Assembly (NCBI GenBank): GCA_019326865.1
Contig: GCA_019326865.1_4101.1
DNA: 64,000 nt
Origin: a phage
Direction: 5' to 3' (one strand)
The notes under the pieces were generated by a model. The model worked only from the letters and a program-made list of their open reading frames with translations. It did not search any database and had not been told where the DNA came from. Both the position numbers and the translations under genes were made by a program. Positions 49,538-64,000 of this stretch are shown piece after piece. The stretch's first letter is position 1. Every line of letters begins with the position of its first letter.

Positions 49538-49550
49538 GGAGTTAGATAAT

Positions 49551-49700
49551 ATGGTTATTGTAAATGAAATCGAACTAAATTATGATGAAGTAAACGACAC
49601 TTTCACCAATGCAGTATTGAACATTACTGAAGAAAGTGTAAATGATGCATGGGAAAAATATGTAGAATGGGCTGCATTACAAGGTAAAAATAATGAGTAA
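49551..49700 (+). CDS. small hypothetical protein
   Basis: In-frame ATG with GGAG RBS inside track ORF 49518-49700; overlaps polymerase 3' end. Confidence 0.3.
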   Translation: MVIVNEIELNYDEVNDTFTNAVLNITEESVNDAWEKYVEWAALQGKNNE

Positions 49701-49989
49701 TATATATAAGCGTATTGGAGAAGTTCTGGAAGGTAATGGTATCATTAATTCAGTTCTAGCATACGATAATAATGAAGAGATGGTTCTAATTGGTGCTGGC
49801 TTTACCCGCACTGGCTCGGTGGAAGTTGATGGCGAAATTGCTGATATCTACACTATTGTGAAAAAGCGTAACGTTGTTTTTGTGGATGATGTATATACAT
49901 TAAAAGACTTGGCAAATTTACGCAATAAAATTGGCATGAGTTCCACTATTGATAAACCTTATCTTAAACGTTGGAACACAAAATTCTGA
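49693..49989 (+). CDS. hypothetical protein (98 aa)
   Basis: ATGAGTAA start/stop overlap with upstream ORF. Confidence 0.45.
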   Translation: MSNIYKRIGEVLEGNGIINSVLAYDNNEEMVLIGAGFTRTGSVEVDGEIADIYTIVKKRNVVFVDDVYTLKDLANLRNKIGMSSTIDKPYLKRWNTKF

Positions 49990-49997
49990 TAAAAAAT

Positions 49998-50025
49998 GAG
50001 ACAAGCATCATTTTTGAGATATAAT
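49998..50025 (+). promoter_or_regulatory. sigma70-type early promoter for clamp-like gene
   Basis: GAGACA-N16-TATAAT. Confidence 0.45.
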
Positions 50026-50088
50026 GGTGCTTGTAGTAATCTGACATAAACACATTTTTGATTAACAAATAGAACGGAGAATTATATA

Positions 50089-50820
50089 ATGGATCTACGC
50101 AACGTATTACGTGACCTTGTAAACACAACCAGTGGTATTGACTTCTCTTGTATTGCTGTAAGTAGTGAAGACCGTGGTGAAGGGCAACGTGTATATCTAG
50201 AAGCGTACACAGATGACCGAACTCTAGTGATGCGAGCATATACTAAAGAGGATGTTCCTGAAGTTCAGGGTCGCTTTGGGTTAGGAAATCTAGGTCTTCT
50301 TCAGGGTCTAATGTCTCTAAAAACATACAGTACTGAAGGAACAACAATCACGTCAAATGTCAAAGACGGATCTGTAAAAAGTCTAGCATTTAAATCTGAA
50401 GATGCAAGCACTACATTTATGGTACAAGCTGAAAAACTTATTCCAGTACAACCACGTTTTCATGAACAACCATATGACGTACAGGTTATTCCTAGTGCAG
50501 CAAAAGTTCAAGAACTAAAGAGTTTTTCTGGTGTATTTAAATCATTCAGTTCTCTCGTAACTCCGTATACTGATGGTGACACACTATACTTTCACGTTGG
50601 TGAGAAAAACAAAAGCAACCACGTTGGTTCACTAGCTTTTTCTAAAACTGATGGAGAATTGGGACTTGGATTTGGATATAATATTGATCGAGTACTTCAA
50701 GCACTATCTCGTGTCTCTAATGCTGAATCTGTATCACTTGGTATCACAAAAACTGGTATGTTAAATGTCACACTAGATACTGGAATTGCTGTATACAAAT
50801 TTTATGTAACTGGTTGCTAA
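50089..50820 (+). CDS. putative sliding clamp gp45-like
   Basis: Size (243 aa) and weak pattern similarity to T4 gp45 as recalled; downstream of polymerase under early-type promoter. Confidence 0.45.
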   Translation: MDLRNVLRDLVNTTSGIDFSCIAVSSEDRGEGQRVYLEAYTDDRTLVMRAYTKEDVPEVQGRFGLGNLGLLQGLMSLKTYSTEGTTITSNVKDGSVKSLAFKSEDASTTFMVQAEKLIPVQPRFHEQPYDVQVIPSAAKVQELKSFSGVFKSFSSLVTPYTDGDTLYFHVGEKNKSNHVGSLAFSKTDGELGLGFGYNIDRVLQALSRVSNAESVSLGITKTGMLNVTLDTGIAVYKFYVTGC

Positions 50821-50849
50821 TATAAATAACGGGGAACAAGTTGTTCCCC
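50821..50849 (+). promoter_or_regulatory. T4-type late promoter box plus hairpin
   Basis: TATAAATA immediately after clamp-like stop, followed by GGGGAAC-aagtt-GTTCCCC hairpin. Confidence 0.4.
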
Positions 50850-50885
50850 GAATTAGTTTGATTTAAAAGTAAAGGAATACAAAAA

Positions 50886-51092
50886 ATGCCATTATATACA
50901 TATCGTTGTGAAAAAGAAGAATGTAAACATAGTATGGAAAAAATTGTTAAAATTGCAAATCGTGATGAACCCCATGACTGCCCTAAATGTAATGGTAAAA
51001 AGACTATGAAGTTAGAAGTATTCACACCAGGTGATAAAGGTGCTAATCTTTATTTCCGTGGAAAATGGTTTGCAAATACTGGAGGTTACTGA
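50886..51092 (+). CDS. small zinc-ribbon protein (CxxC...CxxC)
   Basis: YRCEKEEC...HDCPKCNGK four-Cys ribbon. Confidence 0.5.
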   Translation: MPLYTYRCEKEECKHSMEKIVKIANRDEPHDCPKCNGKKTMKLEVFTPGDKGANLYFRGKWFANTGGY

Positions 51093-51093
51093 T

Positions 51094-51393
51094 ATGAAAA
51101 TTAAAATGATTAATGATTACGTTCTTGTTCGTCAAATTGAAGCACAGAATAAAAGTTCTGGTGGTATTATTCTAGGGAATGTTGAGCCACCATGCATTGG
51201 TATGGTAATTTCCGTTGGTCCAGGTAAAGTTCTACCGAACGGACAACTAGCAGAGCATGATATTAAAGAAGGTGATATGGTTGTATTTGGACGTTCATCT
51301 TTGAACACCCCCCTAACTGAAGATCTTGGGGGTGGAGAAGACACATACTATGTAATGAAAATCGAAGAGATTTTTGGTAAGAAAAATGGCTAA
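51094..51393 (+). CDS. GroES-like co-chaperonin (T4 gp31 analog)
   Basis: DYVLVRQIEAQNKSSGGIILG...VISVGPGKVLPNGQ...IKEGDMVVF matches the GroES pattern; ATG 51094 with GGAGG RBS (track ORF starts earlier). Confidence 0.75.
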   Translation: MKIKMINDYVLVRQIEAQNKSSGGIILGNVEPPCIGMVISVGPGKVLPNGQLAEHDIKEGDMVVFGRSSLNTPLTEDLGGGEDTYYVMKIEEIFGKKNG

Positions 51394-52111
51394 AAATAAA
51401 TTTATACCATTTTGGATGATCCCTGCTCACTGGGGACTTTCTGGTAAGGCAAAAGAAATAGCCAAAGCATATTACTACAATGATGATTATGAAGCTGATA
51501 TGAAGATTGCAGAATTGACATATCTAACTCCATATGAAGTTGAAGTAGCACAATTGGATATCAAAAAGAAATATGGTGTAATAGAAGAGTTAGAATATCT
51601 AATTGCTATGCTAGATGTAGAATTGAAATATTCCAAAATCACTCGTGAACAGTATGATGTTAAAGTTCTTGATGCAAAATTGAGTACTGGTGCAATCACT
51701 GAAAAAGAATATGATATGGAAATCATCGAGCTAATGCCAGATGGTGATGAAAAAAGACTAAAGGCTATTGAATTTGCATATCGTTATGATGAAATCACAC
51801 AAAGTGAATATTCTAAGGAAATATACACACTTAGAAAAGAGCCTTGGATTGATTTGAATGTGGTTCTTGACCCTGAAACAAATGAAGTTGAGTTTGTGTT
51901 TGATTATAATGAATATTTCTGGAAAAAACTGAAAGCGGAAGGTCATCCAGGTAATGACGAAGAAGAAATTATCGATAATTTTGTTAGAGACTTAGGTCGC
52001 AAACTTGCTACAGATGATTTCAGTGATGATTATGACGCAAAGTTGGTGAGTGTGAACGAAGGATTAGACAAGCTACCTGGTTTACCTGAAGGGTTTCGTT
52101 CATATAGATAA
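51374..52111 (+). CDS. acidic protein with internal ~17-aa repeats
   Basis: Repeats ITREQYDVKVLDAKL / ITEKEYDMEIIELM / ITQSEYSKEIYTLR; start may be 51386. Confidence 0.5.
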   Translation: MVRKMAKNKFIPFWMIPAHWGLSGKAKEIAKAYYYNDDYEADMKIAELTYLTPYEVEVAQLDIKKKYGVIEELEYLIAMLDVELKYSKITREQYDVKVLDAKLSTGAITEKEYDMEIIELMPDGDEKRLKAIEFAYRYDEITQSEYSKEIYTLRKEPWIDLNVVLDPETNEVEFVFDYNEYFWKKLKAEGHPGNDEEEIIDNFVRDLGRKLATDDFSDDYDAKLVSVNEGLDKLPGLPEGFRSYR

Positions 52112-52120
52112 AATATAAAA

Positions 52121-52148
52121 AGGAGAGCGTGTGCTCTCCTTTTCTTTT
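52121..52148. terminator. bidirectional terminator between convergent genes
   Basis: AGGAGAGC-gtgt-GCTCTCCT then T-run; same stem as 5716. Confidence 0.75.
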
Positions 52149-52156
52149 GTAATATG

Positions 52157-52846
52157 TTAAACCAATGCTGGAAGGTATTGGAATAGTTTAATACCGAAAT
52201 CCCCTGCTGCATCAGCGGCCTGTGAACGTAGATAAACTTCAGTGACCCCATCTTTAGCAAGTAGTGGAACACCAGTTAGATCATCAATTAGTAGGCGACC
52301 TTCTTCATATTCAGTACTTGGAACGCCTTGTGGTGATTTTAGATCTTTGTTAAAAACACTAGCACGTTCAACTAGGAATGTGATAACAGACGCATCATCA
52401 ATACTAACTTTACCAGCACTAATAACACCATCTGGTGCGTTGGTGAAACCAGTAACTGGAAACACTTCACTACCATTTCCTGCAATGTTGGATGTTGCAA
52501 TAACAACTGCACGTTGTTGTACAACATCTACGATGCGTTTTACGTTAGTTTGTGCCGCATAGGATGCATTGTAATCTGATTCTAGTGATTCTAGAACGAA
52601 AGCAGAACCATCAACACGCTTGATACCTTTATCATTTAGGTATGCTAGAATTTCTTCTGGGATATCAGTGTTTAGAAAACGTTGTAAACCTACATAAGAG
52701 GAAACTGCTCCTGTTACAAGAACGTTCACGTCACCAAGTTTACTAATAGCAATAGATGCTAGGGCGTTAGTACCACAAAAGTAACCTAGAATACGCTCAA
52801 ATGAATACCCATTGATACGTTCAAAAGAAGTATTAGTATTTGACAT
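52157..52846 (-). CDS. structural-type protein, paralog 1 of tandem pair
   Basis: Ala/Val/Gly/Thr-rich; shares QQRAV(V/L)(I/V).TS and C-terminal motifs with adjacent ORF. Confidence 0.45.
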   Translation of the reverse strand: MSNTNTSFERINGYSFERILGYFCGTNALASIAISKLGDVNVLVTGAVSSYVGLQRFLNTDIPEEILAYLNDKGIKRVDGSAFVLESLESDYNASYAAQTNVKRIVDVVQQRAVVIATSNIAGNGSEVFPVTGFTNAPDGVISAGKVSIDDASVITFLVERASVFNKDLKSPQGVPSTEYEEGRLLIDDLTGVPLLAKDGVTEVYLRSQAADAAGDFGIKLFQYLPALV

Positions 52847-52861
52847 AATATTACCTCTCTA

Positions 52862-53461
52862 TTATAGTTGAACTGGAAGAGCAGCACGTACTTTAATAGC
52901 TACAGCAGTAGATGCACCTGCATCACCAACACCATCAGTTCCTTGACTTACGAAAGTTTTAGTACGAAAAACTTTAGCTTGTGCAATAGATTTAGCTAGG
53001 TCAACAGTTGGATCAACTGGAGCAGGACATGCAGAACCTGGACGAACTTCTTGTTTATTAAATACGTCTTGACGTTCACAGATGAAAGTCAATGCAACAG
53101 AGTTAGCACCACCTTTAACATCAGTACCGCTAGTACCAAATGCAACTACGTTTGGGTTAGCATTTTTAAAATCTTCAGGAATAACAACTTCTGCATCAAG
53201 AGCAAGTAGTGAAGTCGTTACAAGAACAGCACGTTGCTGTAGTAGTTGAGTAACCATGAATAGGTTATATTGTGCATTGCTTAGTGCAGTTTGATATGCA
53301 TCAGCTTGAGCATCAGAACCATCGGACACAACTTTAGTAGTACCGATTTCAACATCAGTTGGTAGGTCGATTACGATGGTTACAAAACCGTTGTTGCCAC
53401 CCCACCATTCACGTGCAACACCAGACATACCATAGTTACGGTTAAAAGAATTAAGACTCAT
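52862..53461 (-). CDS. structural-type protein, paralog 2 of tandem pair
   Basis: As above; AAGGAG RBS. Confidence 0.45.
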   Translation of the reverse strand: MSLNSFNRNYGMSGVAREWWGGNNGFVTIVIDLPTDVEIGTTKVVSDGSDAQADAYQTALSNAQYNLFMVTQLLQQRAVLVTTSLLALDAEVVIPEDFKNANPNVVAFGTSGTDVKGGANSVALTFICERQDVFNKQEVRPGSACPAPVDPTVDLAKSIAQAKVFRTKTFVSQGTDGVGDAGASTAVAIKVRAALPVQL

Positions 53462-53585
53462 GAAAATCTCCTTGTCGAATTTTGTGCAGGTTCATCCTGC
53501 TTAAAGTTATTTATCAAAAAATATTCCTAGCATTTAAATTTACTGGAATAATTAATGAATTTCTATGATATTATTTATCAAAAAT

Positions 53586-59936
<6,351 letters not shown>

Positions 59937-60024
59937 GTAAACCGTCAAAGGAACAATGAAGTTTCTAAGACAATTGAAGCCAATTAACAAATAACAAAGA
60001 AACCCAAAATCAAGGAAGAAATAT

Positions 60025-61083
60025 ATGAAATCTCTAGCTGAAATTCGTGCACACCTAAAAGCAGAACAAGAAAAAGCAGAAGCACAAAAGAATGGTACAT
60101 TCACTGGTGAGCGTAAAGCTGATTCGTTTCTAGCTTTCTGGAACGTACCTTACAATGAACCACTAAATCTACGTTTTCTACCAGATGCTGATGAGTCCAA
60201 CCCATTCTTCTGGCGTGAACGTGACATGATCAACCTAACATTCAATGGTGTAGTCGGTATGCACACTGATAAAGTAACCGTACAAGTACCTTGTAATGAA
60301 ATGTGGGTTCCTAAATCTTGTCCGGTTCTGAAAGAAGTACGTCAATGGTTCCAAAGTGCGAATGAAACAGGGAATGAAGAACTAAAAGCAATGGCAGGTC
60401 GTTACTGGAAGAAAAAAACTTATCTAATGCAATGCTTTATTGCACCAGATAGTGTTGCAGTAAAAGACGACATTGCACCAGAAAATCCAATTCGCCGTAT
60501 TCTAGCTAACAAAGATATCTTTGATAAAGTTAAATCTATCCTACTAAACCCAGGTATCAAAGAATCCCCAACTCACTACGTTCAAGGTCGTGATTTTGGT
60601 ATTGTTAAAACTAAGAACGGTGGTGGATATAATAGCTACGACATGTCACAATTCTCCATGTCAGAGCGTCCACTAAACGAAGAAGAACTAGCAGCAATCG
60701 AAAAATATGGTCTATTCAATCTAAATGATTTTATGCCAAAACAACCAACTCCAGAAGAGTTGAAAGCAATCGAAGAAATGTTCGAAGCATCAGTAAATGG
60801 TGAAGCATATGATCCAGCACGTTGGGCATTTGCATATCGTCCAGCAGGTGTACCAAAGCCTAACACTGGAACTACCACTGTCACTGAATCAAAACCAACT
60901 CCTGCTCCAGTACAACAAGAGTCAACACCTGCACCAGTAGCACCTACTGTTCCAGTTACACCAGCACCACAAGCTGCTCCTGTAACCCCAGTCGCTACAC
61001 CAGCAGCATCTACGACTGAAGCACCAAAAGAACAACTATCTGCATCTGCACTAGTTGCTCGTTTGAAACAACAAGGTAAGTAA
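60025..61083 (+). CDS. single-stranded DNA-binding protein gp32-like
   Basis: LNLRFLPDADESNPFFW resembles the gp32 motif as recalled; H/C cluster MHTDKVTVQVPCNEMWVPKSCP (possible zinc site); Pro/Thr/Ala-rich tail. Confidence 0.65.
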   Translation: MKSLAEIRAHLKAEQEKAEAQKNGTFTGERKADSFLAFWNVPYNEPLNLRFLPDADESNPFFWRERDMINLTFNGVVGMHTDKVTVQVPCNEMWVPKSCPVLKEVRQWFQSANETGNEELKAMAGRYWKKKTYLMQCFIAPDSVAVKDDIAPENPIRRILANKDIFDKVKSILLNPGIKESPTHYVQGRDFGIVKTKNGGGYNSYDMSQFSMSERPLNEEELAAIEKYGLFNLNDFMPKQPTPEELKAIEEMFEASVNGEAYDPARWAFAYRPAGVPKPNTGTTTVTESKPTPAPVQQESTPAPVAPTVPVTPAPQAAPVTPVATPAASTTEAPKEQLSASALVARLKQQGK

Positions 61084-61102
61084 TAGTTTTTTGAAAAGTT
61101 AA

Positions 61103-61130
61103 GGGGCAACGGAGTTTGCCCCGTTTTATT
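61103..61130 (+). terminator. rho-independent terminator between gp32-like and uvsX
   Basis: GGGGCAA-cggagt-TTGCCCC then GTTTTATTT. Confidence 0.7.
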
Positions 61131-61153
61131 TCATAAAATTCAAGGAGAGAATT

Positions 61154-62275
61154 ATGAAAATGACAAGTGGTTTTGCGAACATTCTTAAAAACAGTACTGG
61201 TAGTGTAAAAAAGAATACTGGTGTTAGTGTTGGATTTCATGATCCAGATACATGGGTTAGTACTGGTAACTATGCACTAAATTACCGTATCAGTGGTTAT
61301 TTTGACCGTGGTATCCCACTAGGTAAAGTAACTATGTTTGCTGGTGAATCAGGTAGTGGTAAATCTTTTATTGTATCCGGTAACATCGCACGTGAAGCTC
61401 AACAACAAGGTATTTTTGTTGTAATGATTGACACAGAGAATGCTTTGGATTCAGATTGGCTACAAGCTCTTGGTGTTGACACTTCTGAAGAAAAACTTCT
61501 TAAAGTTAATATGGGTATGATTGGTGATGTAGCCAAATTCACTTATGAATTTATTGAAGGATATCGCAAAGAGTACGAAAATACACCTAAAGATGAACGC
61601 CAAAAAGTATTGTTCATTATCGATTCGATTGGTATGCTTAATACTGAAGTATCTAATGATCAAATGAAGGCTGGTAATCTTAAAGGTGATATGGGACATA
61701 AACCTAAGCAGCTAAAAGCATATATTACTAACTGTGTGAATTCTATTGGTTCACTAAATATTGGAATGGTTTGTGTGAACCATTCGTATGAATCACAGGA
61801 TATGTTTAATCCAGATCCTAAAGTGTCTGGTGGTAGTGGTTTGATTTATGCATCATCAATGGTGATTGCAATGGGTAAACTAAAACTAAAAGAAGATGAG
61901 GATGGTAATAAAACTTCCGATGTGAGTGGTATTCGCTCCAAATGTAAAGTTATGAAAACTCGTTATAATAAACCATTCGAGGAAGTCGAGATTAAGATTC
62001 CTTGGGATAAAGGTATGGACCCGCGTAGTGGTTTGTTGGATATGTTTGAAAAATATGGACTTATTGTTAAATCAGGTAACCGATTGATGTATGTTGATAT
62101 CGACACTGGTGAGCAAATCTTGAAATACCGCAAAGAATGGATGCGTAACGATGATTTATGTTTGGATTTGGTAATGCATCAATTTAAACGTCACCCACTG
62201 ATTGAAGAAGTCAAAGAGGAAGAAAAAGGTGATGAATCTTTTGGTGTAGATAGTTCAACTGATAGTACTGAATAA
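61154..62275 (+). CDS. uvsX: RecA-like recombinase UvsX
   Basis: Walker A GESGSGKS, VNHSYESQDMF and KGMDPRSGLLDMF match T4 UvsX segments as recalled. Confidence 0.9.
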   Translation: MKMTSGFANILKNSTGSVKKNTGVSVGFHDPDTWVSTGNYALNYRISGYFDRGIPLGKVTMFAGESGSGKSFIVSGNIAREAQQQGIFVVMIDTENALDSDWLQALGVDTSEEKLLKVNMGMIGDVAKFTYEFIEGYRKEYENTPKDERQKVLFIIDSIGMLNTEVSNDQMKAGNLKGDMGHKPKQLKAYITNCVNSIGSLNIGMVCVNHSYESQDMFNPDPKVSGGSGLIYASSMVIAMGKLKLKEDEDGNKTSDVSGIRSKCKVMKTRYNKPFEEVEIKIPWDKGMDPRSGLLDMFEKYGLIVKSGNRLMYVDIDTGEQILKYRKEWMRNDDLCLDLVMHQFKRHPLIEEVKEEEKGDESFGVDSSTDSTE

Positions 62276-62288
62276 TGATATGTTATAT

Positions 62289-62317
62289 GAATGGCCCGTA
62301 TGGGTCATTCTTTTTTG
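62289..62317 (+). terminator. rho-independent terminator after uvsX
   Basis: GAATGGCCC-gtat-GGGTCATTC (one G-T wobble) then T6. Confidence 0.6.
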
Positions 62318-62326
62318 AGGATGTGT

Positions 62327-63931
62327 ATGATTGATATATCCAAATTATATAATATGATAAAAGACATTCCCCATCCTAATTCTCGTAAAAAAATACTAAT
62401 GGGGGAAATTTCCGAAGAAGATATGATGGAGTTCGGAACAACTGAATTAAAGCAGATTGATTATTGTATAATGAATAAATTAAAACATGTACCATTAGCA
62501 CCGTGCGGGGAAAATAAAAAATACCATAATGGAAAATATTTGAATGTATGTGAAAAATATAAACTTGGTGACAATCATTCATGTATAGTCTGTCATGAAA
62601 ATAAGACAAAAGAAACATTATCTAAAATGAAGAAAACTTCTTTATCTAAATATCAAACTGAATTTCCTAATCAGTCCATTGATGTAAAAAGAAAGATACG
62701 AGAAAATTCTAATTTTACTGAAGATGAAAAAAACGCAATTAATGAAAAGAAAAAAGAAACATCATTGAAACAATTCGGTACTGAACATCCAATGAAGAAT
62801 AGTACTGTTAAGTTGACACAAATTCAGTCCAGAAAAAAGACACAAGAGCAAACTAACAACAAAAGAATTAAAACTTTAATGCAGAAAAAAACATTAAATG
62901 TTTCTGAAAATTTGGATAAATCAAAATATGAAATTGTTGAATTGCGATTGGGGACTAATGTAAAAAGTACATTCAGGTGTTTACAGTGTGGACAACAATT
63001 TGATGCATTAAGTCATTGGGGATGTAAAGTTGTTTACTGTCCACAATGTGATGTTTCACCTATGCGTTCTAATATGGAAAATGATGTTGTATCTATCATA
63101 AAAGAAATAGAACCAACTATTGATATTGAACTTAATAATAGAAAAATCATAAAACCAAAAGAAATAGATATATATTTGCCTAAGTATAATTTGGGTATAG
63201 AAGTTAATGGAATGTACTGGCATTCTGATAAATTTAAGTCAGAAAACTATCATCAAGATAAAGTTAAAGCTGCTATGTCATCTGGAATGAAATTATTAAC
63301 AATTTATGATTATGATCTTTCAAAAAACAAAGATGTAATAGTTTCAATGATAAAAAATTCAATGAATAAATCTTCTTTTAATGTTTATGCAAGAAAATGT
63401 GAAATTAAAGAAGTACCTAAAGTTGAAGAACGTAATTTCCTAAACACCTATCATATTCAAGGATTTGTTGGTTCAAATATTTGTTATGGTTTGTATTATA
63501 ATTGCGAGTTAGTATCATTAATGTCTTTTGGTAAGCCAAGATTTAATAAAAATTTTGAATATGAAATTATACGATTTTGTTCAAAAGGTAATGTTGTTGG
63601 TGCAGCAGGGAAGTTATTAAAACATTTTGAGATAACTATCAAGCCTAAGTCATTGATTACATATGCTGATTTACGATATGGATATGGTAAAACTTATGAA
63701 AAAATAGGTTTTGAATACAAATATATTACTAAACCTGGATATTTTTATGTTAATGGAAAGGGTGATGTGGTTACTCGATATCAAGCACAAAAACATAAAC
63801 TTCTGAAGAAATACCCAGAATATCAAAATGAGACAAACATTACTGAATATGATATAATGGGGTCTGAAGGATATTTAAAGATATATGATTGTGGAAACGC
63901 TGTGTATGTGAAGGAATACAACAATGAATAA
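62327..63931 (+). CDS. homing-endonuclease-like protein B (paralog of 41388-42983)
   Basis: Same architecture: CxxC pairs, IDIYLPKYNLGIEVNGMYWH nuclease motif, conserved C-terminal domain; ATG 62327 with AGGA RBS just after the uvsX terminator. Confidence 0.55.
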   Translation: MIDISKLYNMIKDIPHPNSRKKILMGEISEEDMMEFGTTELKQIDYCIMNKLKHVPLAPCGENKKYHNGKYLNVCEKYKLGDNHSCIVCHENKTKETLSKMKKTSLSKYQTEFPNQSIDVKRKIRENSNFTEDEKNAINEKKKETSLKQFGTEHPMKNSTVKLTQIQSRKKTQEQTNNKRIKTLMQKKTLNVSENLDKSKYEIVELRLGTNVKSTFRCLQCGQQFDALSHWGCKVVYCPQCDVSPMRSNMENDVVSIIKEIEPTIDIELNNRKIIKPKEIDIYLPKYNLGIEVNGMYWHSDKFKSENYHQDKVKAAMSSGMKLLTIYDYDLSKNKDVIVSMIKNSMNKSSFNVYARKCEIKEVPKVEERNFLNTYHIQGFVGSNICYGLYYNCELVSLMSFGKPRFNKNFEYEIIRFCSKGNVVGAAGKLLKHFEITIKPKSLITYADLRYGYGKTYEKIGFEYKYITKPGYFYVNGKGDVVTRYQAQKHKLLKKYPEYQNETNITEYDIMGSEGYLKIYDCGNAVYVKEYNNE

Positions 63932-64000
63932 ACCTTGGCATTGGATTATCAAAGATGATAAATCTAAAATTATTGAAATGATTGAGTTCTTTAACAAAGA
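63924..64000 (+). CDS. hypothetical protein, 5' fragment (runs off window)
   Basis: ATG 63924 overlapping preceding stop, GAAGGAA RBS; reads MNKPWHWIIKDDKSKIIEMIEFFNK. Confidence 0.3.
   Translation, partial: MNKPWHWIIKDDKSKIIEMIEFFNK

Overview
AT-rich (roughly 35-38% GC by eye) segment of a tailed dsDNA phage genome. It is a distant relative of T4: many T4 core genes are recognisable by motif, but the gene order is not T4's. Left third (1-26.3 kb, almost all minus strand) is a baseplate/tail module: Nudix hydrolase, two structural ORFs, a giant ~3,320-aa protein in the gp7 position, gp6-like, gp25-like, a free lysozyme, a gp5-like central spike with C-terminal lysozyme, and further baseplate ORFs, with a ClpA-type AAA+ unfoldase gene inserted convergently. 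Middle: gp55-like late sigma factor, gp47/gp46 (Mre11/Rad50-like), endonuclease VII-like, a ~0.8 kb non-coding island, then the head module (portal, prohead core proteins, gp21 protease, gp22 scaffold, gp23 major capsid). Right third: a homing-endonuclease-like ORF, a T5orf172-type ORF, tail fiber plus putative chaperone, DNA polymerase, clamp-like protein, GroES-like co-chaperonin, RNase H, a terminase large subunit interrupted by a LAGLIDADG intein, gp32-like SSB, UvsX, and a second homing-endonuclease-like paralog. Regulatory grammar is T4-like: sigma70-type early promoters (GGACA-N16-TATAAT, mostly with TGn), TATAAATA late promoters, and many rho-independent terminators. All calls come from reading the ORF translations and the DNA by eye plus synteny; no database search or folding was run. 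Coordinates of small DNA motifs are anchored to ORF start/stop codons but may be off by 1-3 nt.
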